The notes below the pieces were generated by a model. That model searched no databases and had not been told where the DNA came from. It saw only the letters and a list, made by a program, of their open reading frames with translations. A program made the translations under genes and the position numbers. From an uncultured Deinococcaceae bacterium (GTDB lineage Bacteria > Deinococcota > Deinococci > Deinococcales > Deinococcaceae), in assembly GCA_963837785.1 (NCBI GenBank), contig CAWIOW010000031.1, forward strand, positions 38,256-102,255: a DNA stretch of 64,000 nucleotides, written 5' to 3'. Positions within the stretch are counted from its first letter, which is position 1, and each line of letters begins with the position of its first letter. Of the stretch, positions 54,553 to 64,000 are shown one piece after another.

Positions 54553-55701
54553 ATGCGTATGCTTGATGAATTACAGGTGCAACTTATTAAGCCACAAGTT
54601 TGGGTAGGCTTGGCTGTTACGGCGGTTATAGCCTTTGGTATCTACCGTTTTGGGCAAATGCTTTTGCAACAACTGCAAGGTCATATTGATAGTCGCCTAT
54701 TGCAATTTGTAAAAATTTTGTGGTTCTTGTGTGTTTTATTAAGCTGGTTATGTGTTGCTACTTATGTTGCTTATATTCCCAGTGCTGGTTTCTTTTTTGA
54801 AACAGGCCAATCTATTGTCAGTGGCCTAGAACAAACAACAGGCCGAGTCTTAGTTGTGGTGATTTTGGCTGCTATTGCTTGGAATTTAACAGGCAGTATC
54901 ACCAAGCGTATTGTAGCGAGTGACGATTTTAATCGGCGTTCCGTGCGAATAAATACTTTAAAAGGAGTTATAGAAAGCACTTTAAAAGTATTTATTGTCA
55001 TTATTTCGGTTATTGCTGTTTTTAGAATCTTTGGATTTGATGCCACAGGTTTATTGGCAGGTGTTTCTATTCTTGGTTTGGCAGTTGGGTTTGGTGCACA
55101 AAGCCTAATTAAAGATGTATTTACGGGCTTTTTTATCTTGTTAGAAGACCAGTATGGTGTTGGAGATGTAATTGCTGTTAATACTGGCCTACTTAGTGGA
55201 AGTGTAGAACGGCTTAATTTACGGGTAACAGCCCTTCGCGCTTTAGATGGAACAGTGCATATTATCCCCAACGGTCAGATTGCTACGGTTAGTGTGAGTA
55301 GTAAAGACTGGAGCCGCGTTGTTGCCACAATAGATGTTACTTATAACGCAAACATTAACCATGCTATTAAAGTTTTGACAGAAGTAAGCAATAGTATTTA
55401 TGAAGATGAAGAATGGGCTAGTTATTTTCTAGAACCCCCAGAAGTTCATGGTGTGACCGAATTGGCCCCCGACGGTGTAACCTTGCGAGCTTTGTTTAAA
55501 GTGCAGCCCAAAAGTCAGTACCCTATTGGCAGAGAATTTAATAGGCGTATTAAAATTGCTATGGATCAGGCCGGAATTGAAATTCCAAGCCCACAACGTA
55601 GCGTTAATTTTTCTAGTGGGCCGCTTGAAATTCGCCTAACCCATGAAGGCAACTTGGCAGCACAACCGACCCCACCCGCCTCAACAGAACCTCATTCTTA
55701 A
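54553..55701 (+). CDS. Small-conductance mechanosensitive channel (MscS family)
   Basis: GLAVGFGAQSLIKD, EDQYGVGD and IIPNG. Confidence 0.92.
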   Translation: MRMLDELQVQLIKPQVWVGLAVTAVIAFGIYRFGQMLLQQLQGHIDSRLLQFVKILWFLCVLLSWLCVATYVAYIPSAGFFFETGQSIVSGLEQTTGRVLVVVILAAIAWNLTGSITKRIVASDDFNRRSVRINTLKGVIESTLKVFIVIISVIAVFRIFGFDATGLLAGVSILGLAVGFGAQSLIKDVFTGFFILLEDQYGVGDVIAVNTGLLSGSVERLNLRVTALRALDGTVHIIPNGQIATVSVSSKDWSRVVATIDVTYNANINHAIKVLTEVSNSIYEDEEWASYFLEPPEVHGVTELAPDGVTLRALFKVQPKSQYPIGREFNRRIKIAMDQAGIEIPSPQRSVNFSSGPLEIRLTHEGNLAAQPTPPASTEPHS

Positions 55702-55714
55702 AACCAGATAGATA

Positions 55715-56008
55715 CTACTCATCATTGTCCCAGCTTGTAAAACCTTCTTTACGGCGGGACTTTTTGCCTTTTTTCTTGGCGGGCTTGGGCGGCATGGCTA
55801 ACACATATGGGCCGTTACCACACGGCGAGGCCACTTCGCCTAGCCGCCTTAGCGGGTCGTCTCGCTCATTGCCTGCCAAATGAACATGCCTGCCATCGCA
55901 AAAGGGGCACTGGCCCACCGACCAAAACAGGATTTTCGTGTTTGGCATAGGCAATAACTGCGCGTAAGCTGGAGGCGTGATTAGAGGTTGGCGGTGCTTT
56001 TTAGCCAC
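55715..56008 (-). CDS. Small hypothetical protein with CxxC-x3-HxH...C
   Basis: CPFCDGRHVH...PC followed by a Lys-rich tail. Confidence 0.65.
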   Translation of the reverse strand: MAKKHRQPLITPPAYAQLLPMPNTKILFWSVGQCPFCDGRHVHLAGNERDDPLRRLGEVASPCGNGPYVLAMPPKPAKKKGKKSRRKEGFTSWDNDE

Positions 56009-56087
56009 AGCCTAGGCTAGAGCGCTAGGACTTTAAACACCGTGAGCGTGCAGCCAAAACCATAGAACATGTTTCTAATAGTCGTCA

Positions 56088-56399
56088 TTAGCCCGCAATA
56101 TCGCGCAGTTTTTCTACGCGGCTAGCCAACTCGCTTAACTCTAAAGAACGCAAAGATTTGGTGGTGCGGCTCATGCCTGCTTCGTCTATTCGGCCTTGGT
56201 TCCAGCCTGCAATCAGCATGGCGCAGCCCTGAAGCGCGTCTGTTACGGTTTCTCTGTGAAACATTGCCGCAAGGTTGCTGGCCCCAACGGGCTTTGTTTG
56301 CTGAATTTGGGCCTGAGTGTCTAGCACCACTTGTATAAAAACTTGGTCTAAGCGCGCACGGTCATTGGCAGAAATAGCTTTTCCAGTACTTTGGGTCAT
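56088..56399 (-). CDS. Hypothetical protein
   Basis: 103-aa ORF with TAAACT-N6-ATG start. Confidence 0.7.
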   Translation of the reverse strand: MTQSTGKAISANDRARLDQVFIQVVLDTQAQIQQTKPVGASNLAAMFHRETVTDALQGCAMLIAGWNQGRIDEAGMSRTTKSLRSLELSELASRVEKLRDIAG

Positions 56400-56462
56400 A
56401 CCTTTAGTTTAAGGGCCAGCACTATTGCTCATACTATTGTTAAGCTTAGGCGGGTATTAAGC

Positions 56463-58403
56463 TTAGGCGGGTGCTGTGCCCTCTGGTGATAAAATGGTTA
56501 TCGCCCCTCTAGTGCTTGCATCCGTCTCTCGGTCAAGTTGCCCGCCCTCAAGCAAAGTGGCAAATTCGGCCCCCGTTAGGGTTTCGCGTACTAACAAAAT
56601 TTCTACGATCTTGTGCATCTGTTGCAAATACTGCTGGGTCAGCCTCAGCACTCGTTGATAAGCTAAGTCAATTAACTTTTTAACCTCTTCGTCAATTAAT
56701 CGGGCCGTTGCTTCGCTCATCGGCACAAATTGCGATCTACCACCCAGATAATCGCCTTGGTTTTGGGCTAGGGCCACTTTGCCAATTCGGTCACCCATGC
56801 CCCACTCGGTCACCATGCGGGTGGCGATACTGGTGGCTTGCTGAAAGTCACTTTGCGCGCCTGTGGTGATTTCGCCGTAAACAACTTCTTCGGCAGCGCG
56901 CCCTGCCAAAGCCACTGCAATCATGTCTTCTAGAGCAGGGCGGGTGACGTGCAAGCGGTCGTCTGCGTCGGGCATCATGTAGCCAGCCGCCTGCCCCCGA
57001 GGCACGATTGTTAATTTGGCAACGCGGTTGGCGTAGGGCAAAAGTTGAGCAGCAAGGGCATGACCAACTTCGTGGTAGGCAGTGATTTTACGGTCTGCGG
57101 CCCTGACCACCATGCTACGGCGCTCTGGCCCCATCAGCACTCGGTCACGGGCTTCTTCCACATCCTTATCCATAATTCTTTTACGGCCTTCACGGGCGGC
57201 TAACAAGGCTGCTTCATTCAATAAATTTTCTAGGTCTGCGCCTACCATTCCAGCGGTTCGGCGGGCCACCACCCCAAGGTCTACGCTGACATCTAGGGGT
57301 TTTTTACGAGCATGTATTCTTAAAATTTGTTCACGGCCTCGGACATCTGGGGCGTCTACCACCACTTGGCGGTCAAACCGACCTGGACGCAGCAAGGCTG
57401 CGTCTAGCACATCTGGTCGGTTGGTAGCTGCCAAAATAATAACTTCTTTAGCAGAGCCGAAACCGTCCATTTCTACTAAAAGTTGGTTTAAAGTTTGTTC
57501 GCGTTCGTCGTTGCCACCTTGCATACTTAAGCCCCGTTTACGTCCTACTGCGTCAATTTCATCAATAAAGACGATACAGGGGGCCGATTTGCGGGCTTGT
57601 TCAAACATGTCGCGGACACGGGCCGCTCCAACCCCAACAAACATTTCTACAAAGTCTGAACCACTAATAGAAAAATAAGGAACTTTGGCTTCTCCAGCAA
57701 CCGCTTTGGCAAGTAAGGTTTTACCAGCACCGGGCGGGCCAACCAATAAGATGCCGTGCGGAATTCTGGCTCCAAGTTGGTGGTATTTTTCGGGTTGTTT
57801 TAAGAAGCCAACGATTTCTTGTAAATCTTGCTTGGCTTCATCGCAGCCAGCCACGTCGCTAAAATTAAGTTTCATTTGCCCTTCAGCAATCACCGATGCC
57901 TTAGACTTTCCAAACCCGCTGGCGCCTCCGGTGGGATTGCTATTTTTTAGCGTGCGCCAAAGCATAAGCAAGACTAGGGCGGTTAAAATAAGGGGCAAGA
58001 CTTGCCCAATCCAACCAAAAGGTGAGCCTGCTGCCACCACTTTTAAGGGCACATTGGCTGAGCGAATTTTGTCTAAGGTGGCCCCATCCGCAGGCACAAC
58101 CAAAGTACGCGGTCTCATATTGGCAATAAAAGCGACTGTTGCCGTGCCAGAACTATCCAAGATGACTTGTTTTACTTTGTGATCGCTTAAGTCTTTAAAA
58201 AATTTATTGGTGGTGTATATTCCAGAATCTTTTGTCTCTGTACTTGGTTTAATGGTACTTGGTTTAATGGTACTTGGTTTAATGACAGTAGCGTTAACAA
58301 CACTGGAAAAAGCAGAGGCTTGGTGGGCATTTTGCGATTGTGCGGCTGGGCCAAAAGCAAGCAACCCCACAAGCATGATAAGGGGCCGTGCAAAGCGGTT
58401 CAT
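56463..58403 (-). CDS. ftsH: ATP-dependent zinc metalloprotease FtsH
   Basis: [21 protein letters not shown] and HEVGH. Confidence 0.96.
   Translation of the reverse strand: MNRFARPLIMLVGLLAFGPAAQSQNAHQASAFSSVVNATVIKPSTIKPSTIKPSTETKDSGIYTTNKFFKDLSDHKVKQVILDSSGTATVAFIANMRPRTLVVPADGATLDKIRSANVPLKVVAAGSPFGWIGQVLPLILTALVLLMLWRTLKNSNPTGGASGFGKSKASVIAEGQMKLNFSDVAGCDEAKQDLQEIVGFLKQPEKYHQLGARIPHGILLVGPPGAGKTLLAKAVAGEAKVPYFSISGSDFVEMFVGVGAARVRDMFEQARKSAPCIVFIDEIDAVGRKRGLSMQGGNDEREQTLNQLLVEMDGFGSAKEVIILAATNRPDVLDAALLRPGRFDRQVVVDAPDVRGREQILRIHARKKPLDVSVDLGVVARRTAGMVGADLENLLNEAALLAAREGRKRIMDKDVEEARDRVLMGPERRSMVVRAADRKITAYHEVGHALAAQLLPYANRVAKLTIVPRGQAAGYMMPDADDRLHVTRPALEDMIAVALAGRAAEEVVYGEITTGAQSDFQQATSIATRMVTEWGMGDRIGKVALAQNQGDYLGGRSQFVPMSEATARLIDEEVKKLIDLAYQRVLRLTQQYLQQMHKIVEILLVRETLTGAEFATLLEGGQLDRETDASTRGAITILSPEGTAPA
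58240..58284. repeat. In-frame 15-bp repeat (IKPST x3) in the FtsH N-terminal region
   Basis: GTACTTGGTTTAATG x3. Confidence 0.95.
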
Positions 58404-58576
58404 GTCTTTATGCTACGTCACTTTTCGCCTTTAAACTGTTGTTTTGTGCGGCCCTTTGCCCTAAGCCTTGGCCTGCCAGAGTTAAGCCAGATTGGTAGCT
58501 TTCTACTGCAATCAACCGGAAAATCAAGCGGAATTTATATAAGATTTGCGTCAGGCAAAGTGGTTATGCTTAGCCT

Positions 58577-59068
58577 ATGCGCCGACTTTTGCTGCTCAGC
58601 CCACTTGCTTTAACCCTGAGTGCCTGCACTATTTCTTTGCAACCTAATACAGGCTTACAAGCCAACGGAAACAATCTGATTGCCAACCTGCGCCCAGACA
58701 GGGGAGAGGGGGCCGTGTATAGAGTTGGGGATGATATGCGTATCAGCATTACCACCCGTTCGGCAGGCTACCTGACTTTGATCGCCTTACAAAGCAACGG
58801 CTATACTTCTACTTTGGTACGCAATGCCTATATTTCTGCGGGTAATACTGTGTTTCCTAGGGCAGAAGATGGTGTGACTTATACGGTGGGTGAACCACGC
58901 GGTTTACAACGTGTGCGCGCTATTTTTACTCGTGTTCGCCCCACCACAGATTGGGCCTTTGGCGGCGTATATGATGGTCAGCGCTGGAACGATACGACCA
59001 ATGAATATGTGGCCCCCTATTCCGCCGCAGACCGCGATGTTCAAGAAACATATTTAACCATTCGCTAA
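58577..59068 (+). CDS. DUF4384-like lipoprotein
   Basis: Lipobox LSAC; Y.VGD, GYLTL and FP motifs. Confidence 0.78.
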   Translation: MRRLLLLSPLALTLSACTISLQPNTGLQANGNNLIANLRPDRGEGAVYRVGDDMRISITTRSAGYLTLIALQSNGYTSTLVRNAYISAGNTVFPRAEDGVTYTVGEPRGLQRVRAIFTRVRPTTDWAFGGVYDGQRWNDTTNEYVAPYSAADRDVQETYLTIR

Positions 59069-59106
59069 ATCTTTTTCAACTTCACGGTATTCAGTATGAT
59101 GCGCCT

Positions 59107-59436
59107 ATGAGCCTAACTTTTGCCGATGCTAGCACCCGCGTAGATGACTTTATTGGGCAGTTTAAGGAAGGCTATTTTCCGCCGCTGCTAATGCTGGCTC
59201 GTCTGACCGAAGAAACCGGAGAAATTGCCCGCGTTATTGCCCACCAAAACGGCAAAAAACCCAAAGCGGGTGAAGCTGAAGGCGACCTAGAAATGGAATT
59301 AGCCGACTTGCTGTTTGTGATGATCTGTATGGCAAACGAGCACGGCCTAAATTTAGAGCGCGGCTTTGAACGTATGATGGACAAAATTGAAAAACGCGAC
59401 GCTGAGCGCTGGACGAAAAAAGACCCAGCCCAATAA
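59107..59436 (+). CDS. MazG-like nucleotide pyrophosphohydrolase (YpjD-like)
   Basis: GYFPPL, LTEETGE and ELADLLFV. Confidence 0.9.
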   Translation: MSLTFADASTRVDDFIGQFKEGYFPPLLMLARLTEETGEIARVIAHQNGKKPKAGEAEGDLEMELADLLFVMICMANEHGLNLERGFERMMDKIEKRDAERWTKKDPAQ

Positions 59437-59541
59437 AGTCAACACAGAAGTGCCGTATGATCTCCAACAGGCAAAGCATACCCTCAATGTTAGTATTGAC
59501 TTGCGCCATATCTCTAAAAATGCGCCTTGGATGGAGTAAAT

Positions 59542-60099
59542 ATGTCTAATACGGAAAATTCTTTAAGCTCAGCATCAGCAAGTTTAGACCTACGTTACCC
59601 CATTGGCCCCATGCCTACCCCGCCGCAGTTAAGCCCAGAAGAACGGGTGCAGGCCATAGCTGAAATTCGTGCCTTGCCCGCACAGTTAAGGGCCGCCAGC
59701 ACAGGCTTAAGCGCCGAGCAATTAGATACCCCTTACCGCGAAGGTGGCTGGACGGTACGCCAAGTCATTCACCATGTTGCCGACAGCCATATGAACGCTG
59801 TTATTCGGGTGAAATTAGCGCTAACAGAAGAGAATCCAACGGTTAAGCCTTACGAAGAACAATTGTGGGCCGAGCTAGTCAACACCAAACTAGACCCAGA
59901 AATAAGCTTGATGTTGCTAGAGCAGTTGCATACGCGTTGGGTGGCAATGCTAGAGCAAATCACCGACTACAGCCACAGTTGGACGCATCCTGCACAGGGA
60001 AAAACCTACACCATAGACACTTTGCTGGCTATGTACGCTTGGCATGGGCAGCACCACACCGCCCACATTAACAACCTGCGCCAAAGCCAAGGCTGGTAA
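59542..60099 (+). CDS. YfiT/BstA family bacillithiol transferase (DinB superfamily)
   Basis: LRYPIG, YREGGWTVRQVIHHVADSH and YAWHGQHH. Confidence 0.9.
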   Translation: MSNTENSLSSASASLDLRYPIGPMPTPPQLSPEERVQAIAEIRALPAQLRAASTGLSAEQLDTPYREGGWTVRQVIHHVADSHMNAVIRVKLALTEENPTVKPYEEQLWAELVNTKLDPEISLMLLEQLHTRWVAMLEQITDYSHSWTHPAQGKTYTIDTLLAMYAWHGQHHTAHINNLRQSQGW

Positions 60100-60260
60100 G
60101 GTTATCTGGTAAGGTCATGCAGCATGGCGAAACCCCTAGGATCCCTAGGATGCTGCCCTACTTAGAATGTATTCCACCAAGTTCTTTTACGAAGATGTCT
60201 TGCGTGAGTGGCGCAAGCAAAAAGCAGAAGCTTCTTAGCCTCTGCCTTAATAAAGTTGTA

Positions 60261-61181
60261 TTACTCGTAGCCAAGTTCGCGCAAGGCTTCTGGGTCTTCG
60301 CGCCAGCCGTTAATCACAATTACTTCTAGGCCCAAAAATACTTTTCTATCCAAAAAGATTTCTAGTTGCTTGCGGGCGGCTTGTCCAATTTCACGCAGTT
60401 GCTTGCCACCCGCGCCGATAACCATGCCTTTATGGGTAGCTTTTTCTACCACGATCTCGCCCAAAATACGTTGTAGGCCGTCGTCGCGTTCTGTCCAACT
60501 ATTAACCCGCGTGGCTACTGCATAGGGCAGTTCGTCGCGCAGTTTTTTCATGGCTTCTTCGCGGATAATTTCGGCGGCCCACATCTCGCGGGTTTGGTCG
60601 CTGGCACTGCCAAGCGGGTAGAAAAAGGGATTTTCGGGCAATACTTCTAGTAATTGCTCTTTAAGCAGGGCCACCGCATTAGGATTATTTTGTGCCGATA
60701 GCATCGTTTCGCTGGTTTCACCTTTGCGGCCCTCTAGTAAGCTTCTGTACAACTTCATGGCTTCTTCTGGGTATTTGGCGGCGTCCATTTTGTTGCCAAC
60801 CAAGTACAACGGCTTGGGCAGGTCGCGGATTTGGCGGGCCACCAAAGAATCTTCGTCGGTGGGCGGGTGGCGCAGGTCTACAACCCAAATAACAGCGTCT
60901 ACATCGGCTAGGGCGCTATTTATTTCGTGGTTCATGTATTTTCCAAGAGCGTCTTTGGGCTTATGCATCCCGGGGGTGTCTACAAAAACAATCTGGCGGT
61001 CGGAAGTGCTGTAAATTCCGCGCACACCACGCCTTGTGGTCTGAGGTCTGGGGCTAGTGGGGGCCACTTTTGTCCCCAAAAAGCTATTAAGCAAGGTGCT
61101 TTTGCCGACATTTGGTTTGCCGACGATGGCTATAAACCCAGAATGGGTCTGTGTTTCGCCACTTAAAGAAAAATCCGTCAT
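60261..61181 (-). CDS. era: GTPase Era
   Basis: [17 protein letters not shown] and the KH motif VIGAGG. Confidence 0.96.
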   Translation of the reverse strand: MTDFSLSGETQTHSGFIAIVGKPNVGKSTLLNSFLGTKVAPTSPRPQTTRRGVRGIYSTSDRQIVFVDTPGMHKPKDALGKYMNHEINSALADVDAVIWVVDLRHPPTDEDSLVARQIRDLPKPLYLVGNKMDAAKYPEEAMKLYRSLLEGRKGETSETMLSAQNNPNAVALLKEQLLEVLPENPFFYPLGSASDQTREMWAAEIIREEAMKKLRDELPYAVATRVNSWTERDDGLQRILGEIVVEKATHKGMVIGAGGKQLREIGQAARKQLEIFLDRKVFLGLEVIVINGWREDPEALRELGYE

Positions 61182-61242
61182 CCCCTCTATTCTCTCACGG
61201 ACTGGGCCTTACCATAGTGGGGCAAACATTTAGTATTGAAAA

Positions 61243-62049
61243 TTACTTGCGACCCTGAATTTTGGCGATAATTCTAGGCATTAGGCCGCGTGGCACGAAA
61301 CGGGGAACCAAAACTTGAATTTGGTTGGACAGTCCGGCTATCACTACCGCCTGACCGCGCAACATGGCATCTACTCCAATTTTTGCCACTTGGTCGGCAC
61401 TGAGTAGGGTTAGTTGCCTTATGCCGTTAGAACTCTCTAGCAATTTGCTTTCGCCAAGCTTGCTTACCGCCTGAAAACCAGTTTCTACAGGGCCAGGGCA
61501 AAGGGTTGTAACGCTAACCCCAGTGCCGCGCATCTCTTCGTTAACCGCCTCGGAAAAGCTGAGCACGTAGGCTTTACTGGCGTAATACACAGCCATCAGC
61601 GGCCCAGGCATAAAAGCGGCAGTGCTGGCAATATTTAAAATACGCCCGCGCCCACGCTTCGCCATTTGCGGCAAAAATCGGCGGGTTAGGTCGGTGAGAG
61701 CCACAATATTGACGTTTAGCATGTTGTGAATTTCATCTAGGTTTTGCTTTTCAAACTCGCTATAGCCACCAAAGCCAGCATTATTAACCAAAATATCTAC
61801 ACTTAGGCCAAGGCTATTCACTGCTTTTTCTAGCGTCTCGCCTGCGTTTGCCAAGCTTAAATCGCAGCCAATCACGTAAGCGGTGATGCCATATTGCTGG
61901 CTTAACTGTTGAGACAAGGCGTTTAATTTGTCTTCGCTGCGGGCCACCAAAATAAGGTTAGAACCTTTTTGGGCCAGTTGGTGGGCTAGGGCTTCACCGA
62001 TGCCGCTGCTGGCTCCGGTAATAAGGGCTGTTGCAGGAGATGTGGTCAT
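61243..62049 (-). CDS. Short-chain dehydrogenase/reductase
   Basis: TGASSGIG, NNAG and YYASK. Confidence 0.93.
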   Translation of the reverse strand: MTTSPATALITGASSGIGEALAHQLAQKGSNLILVARSEDKLNALSQQLSQQYGITAYVIGCDLSLANAGETLEKAVNSLGLSVDILVNNAGFGGYSEFEKQNLDEIHNMLNVNIVALTDLTRRFLPQMAKRGRGRILNIASTAAFMPGPLMAVYYASKAYVLSFSEAVNEEMRGTGVSVTTLCPGPVETGFQAVSKLGESKLLESSNGIRQLTLLSADQVAKIGVDAMLRGQAVVIAGLSNQIQVLVPRFVPRGLMPRIIAKIQGRK

Positions 62050-62145
62050 AGGCTAAGCTTAATTTACTAAGGGTAAGTTTGTCAAATACCTAAAATAAAG
62101 CAAATCTCATTTGACTCTTAGGCAAAAATCGTCTTTAATTTACTC

Positions 62146-62790
62146 ATGGTTAATCAAGGCCGCGCCAGATCAGTGACCGCCAAGGCCGCCAGACAAGCCA
62201 GCATTTTGCAGCAGACTTTGTTGCTGTGGCAGCGGCACCGCTATGAAGAAGTAACGCTGCAACTGGTCGCCGAGCAAATGGGCCTAAGCAAACCTGCTTT
62301 GTATAGTTATTTTTCTAGTAAAGAAAGCCTTTTTTTAAGTTTGTACGAACAGTTGGTAGCTGAATTTTTAAGCGAATTAGCCAAGCATTTGCAATTAGGC
62401 GGACAACATAGCCCGCGCACGCTAGCCATTTTGGTCAGCACACTATTGCTAGAGCGTCCCGAATTTATCCGTTTGGTGGTGTACCTTGCTACTTTGCTAG
62501 AGCGAAATATCAGCCCACAGCGCGCCCTAGAACACAAGTTATGGCTGCTAGACCAACTTGCTTCAGTTACGTTGCTCATAGAGGCTAAGGCTAGCTTGCC
62601 AGCGGGCTTGGGCTTGCAATTACTAACTTATACACAGGCCATGCTAGCGGGCCTTTATCCTATGAGCGACCTCGCTCCGGCTATTTGTCAGGCCTTAGAA
62701 AACGACGAATTAAGTGTGCTAAAAGTGGATTTTAAGCGGGTCTTGCCCGAAGCTCTAGCGGCCTTATACACTGGCCTTGCCCAAACATAG
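62146..62790 (+). CDS. TetR/AcrR family regulator
   Basis: HTH VAEQMGLSKPALYSYFSSKE; divergent from the SDR gene. Confidence 0.9.
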   Translation: MVNQGRARSVTAKAARQASILQQTLLLWQRHRYEEVTLQLVAEQMGLSKPALYSYFSSKESLFLSLYEQLVAEFLSELAKHLQLGGQHSPRTLAILVSTLLLERPEFIRLVVYLATLLERNISPQRALEHKLWLLDQLASVTLLIEAKASLPAGLGLQLLTYTQAMLAGLYPMSDLAPAICQALENDELSVLKVDFKRVLPEALAALYTGLAQT

Positions 62791-63054
62791 ACCAAACATA
62801 GAGTAAGCCTAAGCCAGCATTAACAGCCAGTTGACGCGAATTCTGGACAAATTAATTGACTCAATAGTGTGGCATTAAATGCTTAAACAGTGGGCCAAAA
62901 TGGGCCAAGCCAAGCAAAATGTTAGTTTGTATGCAGAAATACTAGATGATTATTCGTAAATAATTTTAACTAGAAGTTATACGGAACTGCTTTGATTACA
63001 TGTTTTTTAAAATAGACTTGCAACTTCTCTCACCTGATTAGGATATAAAGGGGT

Positions 63055-63633
63055 ATGAATTCAATGACTCCACCAACGGCAGAGGCTAGTGTTCAAACCA
63101 TGTTTGCTCAAAGTAGTGCTGTTTTATCGCAGCCTAGTTCGGCTATTTTCGAGCGTTTTGAGCGGGCTGGTGGAACCAAAAGCGCTTTTACCTATGTTCT
63201 TATTTCGGCATTGGTTTCTGCCCTTATTGCCGCTTTGGGTTCATTGTTTAATGATAATTCTTTTATTGGTCAATTTATTGGCACTTTAATTAGTGTACCA
63301 CTAAGCTTCTTTGTTTTTACTGGAGCAGTCTATTTTATTGGTAAAAACTTATTTAAAGGTACCGGAACCTATCCAGAAGTAGCTTATTCTTTTTCTCTAT
63401 TTTATGTTCCTTTAAGTATTTTGGCAACAGTAATCGGAATCATTCCCATTCTTGGTTGGGCAATAGCATTTTTAATAGGTATAGCTATGATTTATTTTGG
63501 TTATCTTGCCGTGCGTTCTAGCATGAATATCTCTGATACTGGCACATCTATAGCCACACTTGTTTTGTCGTGGATTGCTAGTGCCGTTGTGGGTGGAATA
63601 TTGATTAGCATTGTTCAAGGTATCTTTAAGTAA
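63055..63633 (+). CDS. Yip1 family membrane protein
   Basis: About 5 TM segments; GTGTY and IPILG motifs. Confidence 0.8.
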   Translation: MNSMTPPTAEASVQTMFAQSSAVLSQPSSAIFERFERAGGTKSAFTYVLISALVSALIAALGSLFNDNSFIGQFIGTLISVPLSFFVFTGAVYFIGKNLFKGTGTYPEVAYSFSLFYVPLSILATVIGIIPILGWAIAFLIGIAMIYFGYLAVRSSMNISDTGTSIATLVLSWIASAVVGGILISIVQGIFK

Positions 63634-63641
63634 ATTACTAT

Positions 63642-63691
63642 TTAAATAAGCAGGGGCTAGAGTTTAAATTCTCTAGCCCCTGCTTATTTAA
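63642..63691. terminator. Bidirectional terminator with a perfect 21-bp stem
   Basis: TTAAATAAGCAGGGGCTAGAG / CTCTAGCCCCTGCTTATTTAA. Confidence 0.85.
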
Positions 63692-63733
63692 TGTTTACCT
63701 TATTTAATATTTACCTTATTTGATGTTTACCTT
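63691..63733. repeat. Degenerate 16-bp tandem repeat ATGTTTACCTTATTTA x2.7
   Basis: Read directly from the sequence. Confidence 0.8.
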
Positions 63734-63743
63734 GAATTAAAAC

Positions 63744-64000
63744 TTACTGATCGCTGTATACATGTACCGCCACATCTAACTTGCCCTTGCCACCACCGTA
63801 GTATGTGCCACGTACCGGAGAAACATCGCTGTATTCCCGCCCGTGCCCGATCTTGACGTGTTTTTCGTTGGCAATGCAGTTGTTGGTGGGGTCGTAACCC
63901 AGCCAGCCATATCCTGGAATAAAGCACTCTACCCAAGCGTGGGTCGCCTCGGCCCCTACCATTTCGCCGCCGCTGTATAAATAGCCGCTGATATACCGCG
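63744..64000 (-). CDS. Transglutaminase-like protein, C-terminal part (5' end lies outside the window)
   Basis: RYISGYL, THAWVE, GYDPTN and GREYSDVSPVRG. Confidence 0.9.
   Translation of the reverse strand, partial: RYISGYLYSGGEMVGAEATHAWVECFIPGYGWLGYDPTNNCIANEKHVKIGHGREYSDVSPVRGTYYGGGKGKLDVAVHVYSDQ

Overview
This is a chromosomal window from a Deinococcus-like bacterium, judged from its SLH/beta-barrel S-layer protein, the many leaderless TANNNT-N6-ATG starts and its ribosomal proteins. By eye its GC is about 45-50%, far below typical Deinococcus. Housekeeping content: a Zn/Mn ABC transporter, a ThuA/Gfo-Idh-MocA/epimerase sugar cluster, accDA, mgsA, trxB, slyD, moeA, sufE, a rhodanese, hom, prfA, greA, infA-rpmJ-rpsMKD-rpoA-rplQ, trxA, plsX, mscS, ftsH and era. 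Accessory content: (1) an AT-rich island at about 20.8-29.6 kb with a candidate small-molecule biosynthetic cluster (ammonia-lyase 5' stub, Nat-like SAM-dependent transferase, unknown 436-aa protein, AsnB-like amidotransferase, MFS), plus a MITE and an IS remnant; (2) a SWIM/DUF5691/AAA/DUF5682/VWA cluster interrupted by a GGDEF-EAL gene with one premature stop. The most striking signal is more than 25 locus-unique short tandem-repeat arrays (10-16 bp units, 2-7.5 copies) across the window. Inside genes they have 12- or 15-bp units that preserve frame, while intergenic units are often 10, 11, 14 or 16 bp, a Borg-like pattern. Also seen: a leaderless uORF coupled to prfA, a decayed COG0523 remnant and a +1 frameshift in rpoA that is probably a sequencing error. 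All family calls come from motif recognition, not database searches.
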